Source: Chlamydiales bacterium
GTDB lineage: Bacteria > Chlamydiota > Chlamydiia > Chlamydiales > SM23-39
Reading direction: 5' to 3'
Length of the DNA stretch: 32,000 nt
Assembly (NCBI GenBank): GCA_965261025.1
Contig: OZ253438.1
Location: 570,001-602,000, forward strand
Part shown: positions 7,592 to 17,305 of the stretch, piece after piece
Position numbering within the stretch: position 1 is the stretch's first letter
Layout of the letters: each line of letters opens with the position of its first letter
Made by a program: the position numbers and the translations under genes
Notes under the pieces: generated by a model
Told to the model about the DNA's origin: nothing
Seen by the model: the letters and a program-made list of their open reading frames with translations, nothing else
The model's database searches: none

Positions 7592-8299
7592 CTAAAGGAT
7601 AGCTGCTTCTTTTTTGGCAGGTAAAAGGAGATCCATAGTTTTAAAGATCTCTTCTATTACTGCCTGTTTTGCCCCTGCTGCGTCAATCTTGTATAGATTT
7701 TCTTTTTCACGGTAGAAATTAAGAAGGGGTCGGCTTTGGTCTTCATAGATCTGTAGACGCTTTTTAAAAATTTCCTCTTGATCGTCTTCTCTTTGATATA
7801 AAGCGCTTTTGCAACAATCACAAATCCCCTCTTTTTGGGGAGGGATATGTTTCTTATGAAAACAAGCCTTACAGAAAGAGCAGGTAAGCCTCCCTACGAT
7901 TCTTTCTACAAGAAATTCTCGAGGAATATCGAAATGTAAAGCTACTACTTTCTGTAAAGAAAGTCTTTTATATAAAGCTTCTGCCTGGCCCAAAGTCCTA
8001 GGAAAGCCGTCTAGAATAATTCCCCCTTTACAGTCTTGTCTTTCGATTCTAGAAAAAAGAAGATCTAAAACAAGTGCGTCAGGGACCAGTTTTCCTAATT
8101 TGATAAATTCTTGCGCTTTTTTTCCAGAAGAAGTCCCTTCTTTGACGCTTTCCCGAAAAAGGTCCCCTGTTGAAATATGAGGAAGACCCAATTTCTTACT
8201 TAAAGCAAGCGCATGGGTTCCCTTTCCTGCTCCTGGAGGTCCTAGCAACAAGAGAATTATAGGGGCATAACCCCCTCTATATGAGGTCAATAAATCCAT
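7592..8299 (-). CDS. adk: Adenylate kinase
   Basis: P-loop GPPGAGKGT, ISTGDLFRE, ILDGFPRT, and a Cys4 lid (CSFC...CDCC). The likely start is ATG 8299 (MDLLTSY...) rather than the track's 8356. Confidence 0.9.
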   Translation of the reverse strand: MDLLTSYRGGYAPIILLLLGPPGAGKGTHALALSKKLGLPHISTGDLFRESVKEGTSSGKKAQEFIKLGKLVPDALVLDLLFSRIERQDCKGGIILDGFPRTLGQAEALYKRLSLQKVVALHFDIPREFLVERIVGRLTCSFCKACFHKKHIPPQKEGICDCCKSALYQREDDQEEIFKKRLQIYEDQSRPLLNFYREKENLYKIDAAGAKQAVIEEIFKTMDLLLPAKKEAAIL

Positions 8300-8396
8300 A
8301 GCTGCTCCGAAAAAACCCAAATTCTGAAGGAAACCATTGTAGCAGAAAGCTCTCATGGAGAAAAGGAAGTTTTTTCCCTTTTAGAGAAGAGTTTTT

Positions 8397-8831
8397 TTAA
8401 ACAACCTCTAAATGAAATGTCTTACCCGACTTTATACTATTGCTTACAGCGCACTCTTTTATAGCCCGATCTAAAGTCTCTTTTATTTTCACTCTCTCAG
8501 AGGCTTGTTCTACTTTAATAGAAATATCGAGATGAGATATCCAAAGATGATTTTCTTGGGGATGCTTATCCATTTGAATCTCTGCCTTCCCCAATAGTTT
8601 TTGAAAAGAGAGGTTTGATTTTTCACAGTAGACCTTGAAAGTGGCTACAATACAATTTAGAACAGAAAGGGCAAAAAAGTCTTCTGGAGAATACCCCTTA
8701 CCTGGGCCCCCAAACTCAGGGGGAATCGCAGAATCTATAGGAGGGAAGTCATCTGCCTTGGACTTCCAGATATTAGCGATACCAGAAGAGGCCTCGCAAA
8801 AAACGGTAAAGCTCACCGGAAGTTTAATCAT
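8397..8831 (-). CDS. OsmC/Ohr-family peroxiredoxin-like protein
   Basis: 144 aa. PPEFGGPGKGYSPEDFFALSVLNC...IKECAVSNS matches the two-Cys OsmC-family layout. Confidence 0.75.
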   Translation of the reverse strand: MIKLPVSFTVFCEASSGIANIWKSKADDFPPIDSAIPPEFGGPGKGYSPEDFFALSVLNCIVATFKVYCEKSNLSFQKLLGKAEIQMDKHPQENHLWISHLDISIKVEQASERVKIKETLDRAIKECAVSNSIKSGKTFHLEVV

Positions 8832-8894
8832 ACAGTCCCCCTTGACTATTCCTTTTTTAGATCGCTCTTTTCCCTTTTTTTGTAAAGATCGATC

Positions 8895-10361
8895 TTACCA
8901 AATCCCAAGAACTTTCCACCAAAGCCCCCCTGCAAAAAACCAAAGAGCAATATTTACGACACTTACCACACCTCCTATCTTCCACCACTTGGTAAGAGGA
9001 ACATACCCTGCTCCGTACAAGATAGGAGCAGGCCCTGAACCATAGTGAGTAAGCCCTCCAAAGAGACTACTAAAAAAAGCTAAAACTAAAGCCGCCAAAT
9101 AAGGAGGAGTTCCTAAAGCAATTGCTACGATTAAAAAAGGAGCGTACATAGCCCCGATATGAGCTAAATTACTAGCAAAGAAATAATGAGAATAAAAATA
9201 AAGAAGAGCCAAAACAGAAAAACCCGCATAAACGCTCAATCCTTTGACACTACCTACTACAGCACTACCAAACCAAGTAGTAAGTCCAAATTGATTCAAA
9301 TAAGTGGCCATAGTGACTAAAACGGCAAACCAAAACAAGGTATCCCAGGCTCCTTTTTCCTCTAAGATATCCCTCCAACTTAAAACATTGGTTAGAATTA
9401 AAAAAGAAAGCCCTACTAAAGCTGCTACACTTGCTTTAATGCCAAAAGCACCTCCAAAAATCCAAAGTGTAATCAAAATAACAAAAGTAACTAACATTAG
9501 ATACTCTTGTTTTTTCATTTTTCCTAGTTCTTCTCTTTTTTTACGAGCAAACTCTTTTGCATGAGGTGTCTTCTTTACCTGAGGAGGATATAACTTGTAG
9601 ATCAAAAAAGGAATTACACTCAAACTAACTAAACCAGGGACTAGTCCCGCAAGAGCCCAAGTTCCCCAACTCAATACTACACCAGATTGACCTGCTAATT
9701 GCGCTACTAAAGGATTGCCTGCCATAGAGGTTAAAAACATAGCGCTCGTAATTGTGGAACCTTGAAAAGCAACCTTTATCAAAAAAGCGCCTAACTTCTG
9801 AGAAGAAGCATCTAGTGGATCGCTATGAAAAGCTTTTGCTACAGAACGAAGGATCGGATAAATAACTCCTCCTACTCTAGCAGTTACACTGGGAATAGTG
9901 GGGGCTAAGATAAGGTCAGTGGCTAAAATGCCATAGCTTAATCCTAAAGTACTCTGTCCAAAAAGCTCCATAAAAAAGTAGGCCACTCTGCTTCCCAACC
10001 CCGTAAGGATAAATCCTCTTGCAATGAAAAAAGCCATAACGATAAGCCAGACTACATCATTGGAAAAACCAGAGAAAGCCTCTGCGAAGGTTAAGGTACG
10101 AGTTAAAATAGAAACTGTTAAAGACATAACAGCAATAGCACCCATCGGAAAAGGCTTTAAAATGATTCCTAAAATGGTAGCACAGAAAATGGAGAAAAGC
10201 TGCCAAGCCTTAGGAGAAACCCCCATTGGGGCCCCTATATTCCAGAGAAGGATTCCTAAGAAAACCGCAAATAAAAAAGAAAAAACCGTTTTATTTTTTG
10301 TGAAAAAAGAAAACATACCCCGCCCCTGATAATTGTCCAATCGTTTTGTGGTAGATGACAT
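8895..10361 (-). CDS. DASS-family anion/dicarboxylate transporter (2-oxoglutarate/malate translocator / CitT-like)
   Basis: 488 aa, polytopic. APTIPSVTARVGGVIYPIL and GGLTHYGSGPAPILYGAGYV resemble the conserved hairpin regions of DASS/CitT transporters. Confidence 0.8.
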   Translation of the reverse strand: MSSTTKRLDNYQGRGMFSFFTKNKTVFSFLFAVFLGILLWNIGAPMGVSPKAWQLFSIFCATILGIILKPFPMGAIAVMSLTVSILTRTLTFAEAFSGFSNDVVWLIVMAFFIARGFILTGLGSRVAYFFMELFGQSTLGLSYGILATDLILAPTIPSVTARVGGVIYPILRSVAKAFHSDPLDASSQKLGAFLIKVAFQGSTITSAMFLTSMAGNPLVAQLAGQSGVVLSWGTWALAGLVPGLVSLSVIPFLIYKLYPPQVKKTPHAKEFARKKREELGKMKKQEYLMLVTFVILITLWIFGGAFGIKASVAALVGLSFLILTNVLSWRDILEEKGAWDTLFWFAVLVTMATYLNQFGLTTWFGSAVVGSVKGLSVYAGFSVLALLYFYSHYFFASNLAHIGAMYAPFLIVAIALGTPPYLAALVLAFFSSLFGGLTHYGSGPAPILYGAGYVPLTKWWKIGGVVSVVNIALWFFAGGLWWKVLGIW

Positions 10362-10539
10362 AGCAAGACACCCTACGCTTATGAAAAACCTTCATTATAG
10401 AAACTTTTTCTGTTCTTGGGAAAGTTTTTTTGAATTTATGGGGTGGCATAACCCTTTAGATTTATCTATGCTAATACAACAAAAAAAACCCTTTTAACCC
10501 CGATTTTACCGAGTATTAGCTTGCAAAGCTTTTCCCTTT

Positions 10540-11532
10540 TTGTTTATACCCAAGGGAAACCACCTACTAAAATTTTATTCTGTGCATTTATCCGTATTTT
10601 TACTCTTGTTAACCGCTTTTTTCTTGTGGGGTTTTTGGGCAAACACCATAAAAATGGGAAGAGGAATCCGCTTTGAGTTTTATTATCTCGATTTTTTGGT
10701 AGGAATTTTTCTTGTAAATCTTCTCCTTCTCCTATTTTTTGGAGAAAGGTGCAAAGAAATCTCTTCCCTAATTCAAAAAGACCCTCGCTTTGTCATTTTA
10801 TCCATTGTTTCTGGGGTCTTATTTAACGTAGCTACTTTTTTCTTAGTAGCAGGCATTTCCTTAATCAGTCTTTCCTATTCCTATCTTCTCTGCTTTGGAA
10901 CTGCTTTAATCATCGATACACTGGCTAGATTTGCTATAAATCATTTCAATAATATTCTTTTTCTTTTCGTGGGAATTCTCTTGGTATTTTTCTCTCTTTC
11001 TTGGATAAGGATTGCTTTTCAAAAAAAGGAAAATCAAATTTTCTTGATCAAAAAACTCTCTTACTTCCTGATAATTGGAGGAGTTTTAATGGGGCTTTTT
11101 CACCCTATTTTAGTAACTTCTATTACTCTCTTAGCAACAGAAAACATCCCTAGTTTTCTAGGATATTTCTTCTTTTCCTTAGGGGTTTTAAGCTGCAATC
11201 TTTTGATGTATCCTTTTTTTATGAAAAAACCCATCTTTGGCCATTCGCTAGAAAATGTTTCTTTTCTAAAGATGCCTTTTAAGTCCCATATATGGGGAGG
11301 AATAGGAGGTGTTTTGTGGGCTTTTGGATTTTATTTAAATCTTTTAACTCACGAAGTGGCAGGGTATGCTCTTTTTTTTGGCGTTCATGAAGCAAGTATC
11401 TTGATGGCTTTTTTATGGGGCATCCTGTTTTGGAAAGAAATCTCTATTTCTTCACCCCTTTACAAATATGTAGCCCTATCTTTTCTAAGCTATTTTCTAG
11501 GAGCCTTAATTTTAGGTAGCTCCTTAATGTAG
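10540..11532 (+). CDS. 10-TM permease, DMT-superfamily (RhaT/GlcU-like) candidate
   Basis: 330 aa with ~10 hydrophobic helices in two halves. WGILFWKEI lies near the end. TTG start. The family assignment is tentative. Confidence 0.5.
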   Translation: MFIPKGNHLLKFYSVHLSVFLLLLTAFFLWGFWANTIKMGRGIRFEFYYLDFLVGIFLVNLLLLLFFGERCKEISSLIQKDPRFVILSIVSGVLFNVATFFLVAGISLISLSYSYLLCFGTALIIDTLARFAINHFNNILFLFVGILLVFFSLSWIRIAFQKKENQIFLIKKLSYFLIIGGVLMGLFHPILVTSITLLATENIPSFLGYFFFSLGVLSCNLLMYPFFMKKPIFGHSLENVSFLKMPFKSHIWGGIGGVLWAFGFYLNLLTHEVAGYALFFGVHEASILMAFLWGILFWKEISISSPLYKYVALSFLSYFLGALILGSSLM

Positions 11533-14247
11533 CTGTAAAGACATATGAATCAACTTTCCTCGCTTCTGGGAAGAAAAACCAAATTTTTTGCAAAGGGAAA
11601 GCATTTTTTCATTTTCAGGAAGCATTTTTGCCAAAAGCTCTTTTACTCCCTCCTCTTTTGCTATCTCTAAAATTTTCTTTAAAAGTGCTGTCCCTATTCC
11701 TTTTCCTTGCCATGCGTCTTGTACAACCAAAGAAAAAATCCCCGCTTTTGTATTGGGAATCTTAGAGAGCCTACTTACTGCTAAAATAGCCTCTTTTTCC
11801 CAGTGCATTTTTTGTACTACCAGAGGAATTTCTAAATTGTAATCGCTAAAACAAAGACGGGACATCTTCTCTTTTAAGGTTTTTTCATCATAGTGCAAAA
11901 TTTTCAGATACCTTTGTAGTACAGAATTTTCAGAAAGCTCCCTGTGAAACTGGATCATTCTTACTTCATCTTCTGGCAAAATAGGACGAATGAGTATCTC
12001 TTCCCCCCCCCTTAAAGAGTGGCTTGCTACATATTTTGTGGGGTAGGCTCGTATGGCCGTTTCAGGAAATAAAGAAAGAGAAAACGGATGAGCTATAATC
12101 CTTGCATCCAAAGCTAGGATAGCTTCAGGGCTTACTAATAAGGGGTTGATATCACATTCTGCAATCCAACTCTGCTCTGCAATTAAATGGCTAAAACGAA
12201 CCATAATCTCCCTTAATTTTTTTAAGCAAATCGCTTTACGTCCTCTTACTCCTTTTAAAGCTTCGTAGATCTTGGTTTTTTCTATCATTCTCTGAGCCAG
12301 CGTGGTAGTGAGAGGAGGGAGAGCTAAGGCTCTGTCTTTATACACTTCTACTAGTTGTCCTCCACTTCCAAATAAAAGAGTAGATCCGAATTGAGCATCT
12401 ATGGAACTTCCTAAAATAAGCTCATAAGAGTCCTTGTATTGAACCATAGGTTGCACGCAAACTCCCTGAAATTCTTTTTGTAGTCCCTTTTCAGAAAGCT
12501 TTTGAAAAATTTCTGAAAAGGCTCTTTCCACTTCCTCTTTGCTAGAAAGGTTTAATTTTACCCCTCCCACATCTGTCTTGTGAGTAATTGTTTCTGAATG
12601 TAGCTTTAATACCACAGGGAACCCTATTTCTTCCGCTTTCTCTTTTGCTTGCTCAAGGGTCTGTACTACCATGGTAGCAACCGTAGGAATCTTGTAAAGA
12701 TTTAGAATTTTCTTTGATTCATATTCTGTAAGAAGAACTCTATTTTCCTTCTTTAATTTTCCTAAAAGCTCTTGTATTTCATCCTCTTTTTCTTGTACGA
12801 GAAAAGGATCTTCAATTTCTTTACTTAAAAGGGGCGTTTCATAAATGGCTTCCAGCGTATAATGATACTTCCACATATAAGCAAAAGCCCTGCAAGCCTC
12901 GTCAGGATAGCTAAAACAAGGAATAGTCGATTCTTGTAAAATTTTCATCCCCTCATGTACTAATTTCCCTCCCATCCAACTGGCCATAATGGGTTTTTTT
13001 TTCTTTTTCACTATCTCTTTTAATCTCTTTGCACTAGCTACAGGATCTGTCATATCCTGGGGGGTTAAGATAACCAAAATTCCTTCTGAAGAGGAATCCT
13101 TTTCTAAAATCCTTACTGACTCTGAATAGATTTCTGGACTTGCATCCCCCAAAATATCTATAGGGTTGTTTCTACTCCAATGAGGGGGTAAAAGTTGATT
13201 CAAGCTCTTAAAGGTAGAAGGAGAAATAGGAGCTAGCTTACCCCCAGCTTCTATTAAAGCATCCGTTGCTATAACACCAGGTCCTCCGGCGTTGGTAATG
13301 ATGGAAAGATGGGGCCCTTTAGGGGTTGGCTGTTTAGATAAAACCAGCGCCATGCTAAAAAGATCTGCTATATTATTCACTCTGAGTATGCCTACCCTGT
13401 CTAAAGCAGCGTCTAATACTTCATCACTTCCAGATAAAGATCCAGTATGAGAAGCGGCTGCCTTAGCAGATTCTTCTGATTTCCCTGCTTTTATCAAGAT
13501 AATAGGTTTAGTTCTACCTACCTCTCTTGCCGCTGACAAAAAACTCCTTGGATTACCTATGCTTTCCATATACAACAGGATGCTTTTTGTTTTAGGATCT
13601 GATCCAAAATAAGAAATTAAGTCCCCCCAACCTACGTCTAACATAGATCCTATAGAGACCACAGAACTAAAACCTACTTTCTCCTCTAAACTCCAGTCTA
13701 AAACTGCCGTTAAAAGGGCGCCTGACTGACTAATAAAAGCAAGATTTCCTTCCAGAGCCATATCAGCAGCAAAAGTTGCATTCAATCCCGCTGCTGTATT
13801 CATGATACCAAGACAGTTTGGACCAATAATTCGCAAAGAAGCCTTCTGAGCTATTTCCCAGATTTTCTTCTCTAGATCCTCTCCTTCCTTTCCCATCTCT
13901 TTAAATCCAGCAGAAATAATTACTACGGAAGAAACTTGTTTTTGAACACACTCATAAATCAAATTAACTACAGTAGAAGCAGGGGTTACAATAACGACTA
14001 AATCAATACTACCGGGGACTTTCTCCAAAGAGGGATAAGTTTTTTTTCCTAATACTTTCTCCCTTTTAGGATTGATAGGAATTACCTGCCCTTTGTAGGA
14101 GCTCAGATTGGTAAACACGGTTTTTCCCACACTGTTTTCTCTTTCAGAAGCTCCTATCACAGCGATCGTATTTGGAAAAAAAAAAGAATCGAGTGCCTTG
14201 TGGGATTCTGAAAAGATGTCATAGGAAGGGTCAAAATATTCTTTCAT
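11524..14247 (-). CDS. Pat/YfiQ-type protein lysine acetyltransferase (ADP-forming acyl-CoA synthetase-like N-terminal region + C-terminal GNAT)
   Basis: 907 aa. CoA-binding start [17 protein letters not shown]. Ligase-CoA region IIGPNCLGI...FISQSGAL. An ATP-grasp-like middle. C-terminal GNAT with [19 protein letters not shown] (nt ~11524-12000). Confidence 0.85.
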   Translation of the reverse strand: MKEYFDPSYDIFSESHKALDSFFFPNTIAVIGASERENSVGKTVFTNLSSYKGQVIPINPKREKVLGKKTYPSLEKVPGSIDLVVIVTPASTVVNLIYECVQKQVSSVVIISAGFKEMGKEGEDLEKKIWEIAQKASLRIIGPNCLGIMNTAAGLNATFAADMALEGNLAFISQSGALLTAVLDWSLEEKVGFSSVVSIGSMLDVGWGDLISYFGSDPKTKSILLYMESIGNPRSFLSAAREVGRTKPIILIKAGKSEESAKAAASHTGSLSGSDEVLDAALDRVGILRVNNIADLFSMALVLSKQPTPKGPHLSIITNAGGPGVIATDALIEAGGKLAPISPSTFKSLNQLLPPHWSRNNPIDILGDASPEIYSESVRILEKDSSSEGILVILTPQDMTDPVASAKRLKEIVKKKKKPIMASWMGGKLVHEGMKILQESTIPCFSYPDEACRAFAYMWKYHYTLEAIYETPLLSKEIEDPFLVQEKEDEIQELLGKLKKENRVLLTEYESKKILNLYKIPTVATMVVQTLEQAKEKAEEIGFPVVLKLHSETITHKTDVGGVKLNLSSKEEVERAFSEIFQKLSEKGLQKEFQGVCVQPMVQYKDSYELILGSSIDAQFGSTLLFGSGGQLVEVYKDRALALPPLTTTLAQRMIEKTKIYEALKGVRGRKAICLKKLREIMVRFSHLIAEQSWIAECDINPLLVSPEAILALDARIIAHPFSLSLFPETAIRAYPTKYVASHSLRGGEEILIRPILPEDEVRMIQFHRELSENSVLQRYLKILHYDEKTLKEKMSRLCFSDYNLEIPLVVQKMHWEKEAILAVSRLSKIPNTKAGIFSLVVQDAWQGKGIGTALLKKILEIAKEEGVKELLAKMLPENEKMLSLCKKFGFSSQKRGKLIHMSLQLH

Positions 14248-14283
14248 ATTTCCCTTACATAGAGATTTTTCCTTTTTAGGACA

Positions 14284-15246
14284 TCAAAAAAAAGCGCTCT
14301 GAGATAAAAGAATTCTATTTTGTAAACCAAGATCTTTTTGGGCAGCTCTATTCAAGTAGATTAAGATTTCCTCACAGCCAAGTCGGTCTGCTTCTCTATA
14401 CGCATGGTATAAATTTTTCGTAGAGAGCTCTTTCCAAGAAAACGAGGTAGAAAGGGATTTTTGGGTCAAAATAATCCTCTTACAAGAGGAAGCAAGAGCA
14501 TGCTTTTTTAATTTCCCTAGGTTAGAAAATACGAGTATAGTTGCTTTGGGACTGTAGTGCTTATACTTCATACCAGGACAAAGCGCCTTTTTCGACTGAG
14601 AGACAGAAATCCTCTTCTGTAGAACTTGTTCTAAGGCTCCCTTTTGGATAGTACCAGGGCGGAGTAAAATTGGATTTTTTCCCACTAAACTCAGCACAGT
14701 GGATTCGATACCAATTTCACACCTTCCCCCATCTATAGCATAAGGCACTTCTCCTTTGAGATCTTCCAAAGCATCCTCTATACTTGTAGGGCTAGGTTTT
14801 CCCGAATGATTAGCAGAAGGAGCAGCAACCGGCACTCCGGCTTCCTGTAATAATTTCAAAGCATAAGGATGGCTAGGCATTCGAATTCCAATAGTTTCTA
14901 AACCTCCAGAAACAATAGGAAAAATCCCAGAATGCTTTTTTAAAACCAAAGTCAAAGGCCCCGGAAAAAACCGTTGCGCTAGAAGATAAAACTCTTTAGG
15001 AATTTCTGCAGCAAGATCTTTTACCTGCGCTATATCCGCTATATGAACGATCAAAGGATTATCTTGGGGTCTTTTCTTAACACGAAAAATATTTTCAACA
15101 GCCGAAAGCTCCCAAATATTTCCCCCTAACCCATAGACTGTCTCTGTGGGAAAAACCACGAGGTCCCCTCTTCGAAGAGCTTTAGAGGCCAAAGTAATCT
15201 CAGAAGGATCTTGAATATAGATCGTTTCCATATCTTTAAAACGCAC
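14284..15246 (-). CDS. tsaC: L-threonylcarbamoyladenylate synthase (Sua5/YwlC-type TsaC)
   Basis: YrdC-domain motifs VVFPTETVYGLGGN, KKRPQDNPLIVHI and APSANHSGKPSPT. The 320-aa length implies the extra Sua5 C-terminal domain. The alternative start is ATG 15231. Confidence 0.9.
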   Translation of the reverse strand: MRFKDMETIYIQDPSEITLASKALRRGDLVVFPTETVYGLGGNIWELSAVENIFRVKKRPQDNPLIVHIADIAQVKDLAAEIPKEFYLLAQRFFPGPLTLVLKKHSGIFPIVSGGLETIGIRMPSHPYALKLLQEAGVPVAAPSANHSGKPSPTSIEDALEDLKGEVPYAIDGGRCEIGIESTVLSLVGKNPILLRPGTIQKGALEQVLQKRISVSQSKKALCPGMKYKHYSPKATILVFSNLGKLKKHALASSCKRIILTQKSLSTSFSWKELSTKNLYHAYREADRLGCEEILIYLNRAAQKDLGLQNRILLSQSAFF

Positions 15247-15400
15247 TCCCAGAAAAACCGAGGAACTTTTAGGAGATTTCCCCTATGGATTAAGACGGAA
15301 GAATACCAAAGATCTTTCCAAAAAACAAGAAGCTTCCACGAAGTTTTTAAAAGAAAAAGCGTGTCTTTAAACTGTTTTTTTTATATAGGTGTAGGAGGTT

Positions 15401-15718
15401 ATGTATCGATCCTTTGTTTCCCTTACCTTCTACGCTATTTTGGTCTTTGTTTTAGGAATTTATGGTTATCAGCAAGCCTCTAGTCTTCCCTCTTTAATTG
15501 CAGGAGGCTGTAGTGGAATTGCTTTACTGATTTTTGCTTTTTTTCTTTATCAGAAAAAGACCTGGGCTTTTGGGGGAGCCCTCTTGGTACTTCTTTTTCT
15601 CCTGTTCTTCTTTCTATTTAGGTTCTATAGGTCTTTTCAATTTTTTCCTGCTTTTATGGGTTTGCTCACTTTATTACAGCTCTTTGCCCTCTTCCCCAAG
15701 AACTTTTTCCAAAGATAG
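15401..15718 (+). CDS. Small 4-TM membrane protein, TMEM14/UPF0136-like
   Basis: 105 aa. GGAGG RBS sits just upstream of ATG 15401. GIYGYQQASSLPSLIAGGCSG resembles the TMEM14 family pattern. I prefer it over the overlapping shadow ORFs 15211-15483 and 15534-15833. Confidence 0.5.
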   Translation: MYRSFVSLTFYAILVFVLGIYGYQQASSLPSLIAGGCSGIALLIFAFFLYQKKTWAFGGALLVLLFLLFFFLFRFYRSFQFFPAFMGLLTLLQLFALFPKNFFQR

Positions 15719-15887
15719 GCTCGAGAAAAACCGGTTTCTATTCAGTCCGATCTATAATTTTTTTGGTTATTATACGTTCAAAAAACATAAGTTATTTACA
15801 ATAAACATATTAAGAAAAATTTCTAGAATGTAAAAGATAAAAGAGGTACAATGGCTTCCTTCTCTATTGTCGGTTATAGGAGAAACC

Positions 15888-17228
15888 ATGGAGCAGATCC
15901 ATTTTTTTACCCCGGTTACTTATCAAAACTCTGAAAAAACGCTACCGCAGCGCGCGCTCGAAAAGGTCGACGAGTATTTCTGTCTCGGGAATAAATTTCA
16001 CGTAAGTATTTTTTCCTCTGACCAAAACCCTACTCAATCTTACTTCTCACCCAATGACCAAAATTGTGTCTGCTCTTGGACTCACATTTCTATCAAAGTT
16101 GCTTCTTACTTCACCTTAATTTTTCCTTTAATTGCCCTTTTTATCAAGGGGACTTTACGTTTCTATTTACAAATCTCGACTATCCCGCTGCAGAAAACTC
16201 CTATTCTTCTGAAAAAGGAAGAACCTAAAAAGCCTGAAACATCTGATCTGAATAATAGACAATCTCTTCTTCAGCTACAGGATTTGCCCATCTCTGCTCT
16301 AGAGAGAATCTCTTTTTTCCTAAATGATGAAGAGCAGGAAAATCTCATTTTGTCCGGCAAGGCTTTCTATGAAAAATTGAAAAAGCCTGAAATATCTTGT
16401 CAAACAAATATCGAGTTACTAAAAGCTTGCCCAAGGAGTGCCTCTCCTAAGTTTCCTCAAATCCTGGTAACTTCTCCCTTTATAGGTCATGATAAGTACT
16501 GGCTTCCTTTAATGAAGTGCTTCCTACTTCCTGATGAAAACAATACTACGCCTGATATTTTTATCAATAGGCACATTCCCATAGCTAATACGATAAAGAC
16601 CCTTTTCGATAAAAAGCAGATCTCTGAAAAACAGGTGGAGTTATTCGTTACTTGTTTAGAGAAAAAAGTACTGAGGTCTTTAGACCCCTGGGTTGGCCAC
16701 CGCAGCTTAGAAAAGTATGCAGAGCTATTTCGAAACAGCCCTGTAAAAAGGATTATGGATGAGACTTTGCTGACCTATTTGACCTTTATGGCAAATCACT
16801 GCATCCACGAAGAGGTCGTGACTCATCAACCTTATGCTCTTCAAGGAAGAGCGGTCTCTATTTTAGAAACATGTATTGACCCTAGGAAGTGGTTTGGTTT
16901 TTCTGATCAAACTAGCTCTTTTTTGCATCAAGCCCAAATGCCGGCTCTTTTAGTAGAAATCCTTTTAGCTCGTATCCAGTCTTTACAACAATCTCATGCA
17001 CAAATCCCTTTTTTGGTAGAGATGACGGGAAGGGTTGAGGCGATTCTACCGAGGAATTTTACCATTGCTCTAGCTCAGAAAATAGTAGAGCAAAAAATAT
17101 TCTTGGAGTGCAATAGCACATCAGATGAGCTAGATCTTCAAAACTCAACATTTATCAAAATCTCTTGGCAAGAATTGGATTTTAGAGCAATGGAACGTAC
17201 CTATCCACAAGCTTTTACTTCTCAATAA
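15888..17228 (+). CDS. Membrane-anchored F-box-like protein (eukaryote-like, candidate effector)
   Basis: I moved the start to ATG 15888, with an AGGAG RBS at ~15877-15881. One hydrophobic helix lies at nt 16089-16154. The F-box-like segment LLQLQDLPISALERISFFLNDEEQENLILSGKAFYEKL lies at nt 16266-16382. The remaining ~280 aa are unrecognised. Confidence 0.7.
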   Translation: MEQIHFFTPVTYQNSEKTLPQRALEKVDEYFCLGNKFHVSIFSSDQNPTQSYFSPNDQNCVCSWTHISIKVASYFTLIFPLIALFIKGTLRFYLQISTIPLQKTPILLKKEEPKKPETSDLNNRQSLLQLQDLPISALERISFFLNDEEQENLILSGKAFYEKLKKPEISCQTNIELLKACPRSASPKFPQILVTSPFIGHDKYWLPLMKCFLLPDENNTTPDIFINRHIPIANTIKTLFDKKQISEKQVELFVTCLEKKVLRSLDPWVGHRSLEKYAELFRNSPVKRIMDETLLTYLTFMANHCIHEEVVTHQPYALQGRAVSILETCIDPRKWFGFSDQTSSFLHQAQMPALLVEILLARIQSLQQSHAQIPFLVEMTGRVEAILPRNFTIALAQKIVEQKIFLECNSTSDELDLQNSTFIKISWQELDFRAMERTYPQAFTSQ

Positions 17229-17264
17229 AACTTCTTTACTCAAAACGAAGTCCTAATAGAAAAA

Positions 17265-17287
17265 GAACCATCTTGGTTCGTCTTTTC
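17265..17287 (+). terminator. Possible weak terminator after the F-box gene
   Basis: GAACCA-tct-TGGTTC hairpin (17265-17279) followed by gTCTTTT. Confidence 0.35.
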
Positions 17288-17305
17288 ACTCTTAAAAAAT
17301 AGGTC

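Noticed and set aside
8635-9045. 136-aa plus-strand ORF spanning the OsmC/DASS junction
   Set aside because: It is antisense to two well-supported minus-strand genes, with no motif and no RBS.
15211-15833. Two overlapping track ORFs (15211-15483 and 15534-15833) around the small membrane gene
   Set aside because: Only the 15401-15718 frame has a GGAGG RBS and a coherent 4-helix hydrophobic pattern. The other two are frame shadows.
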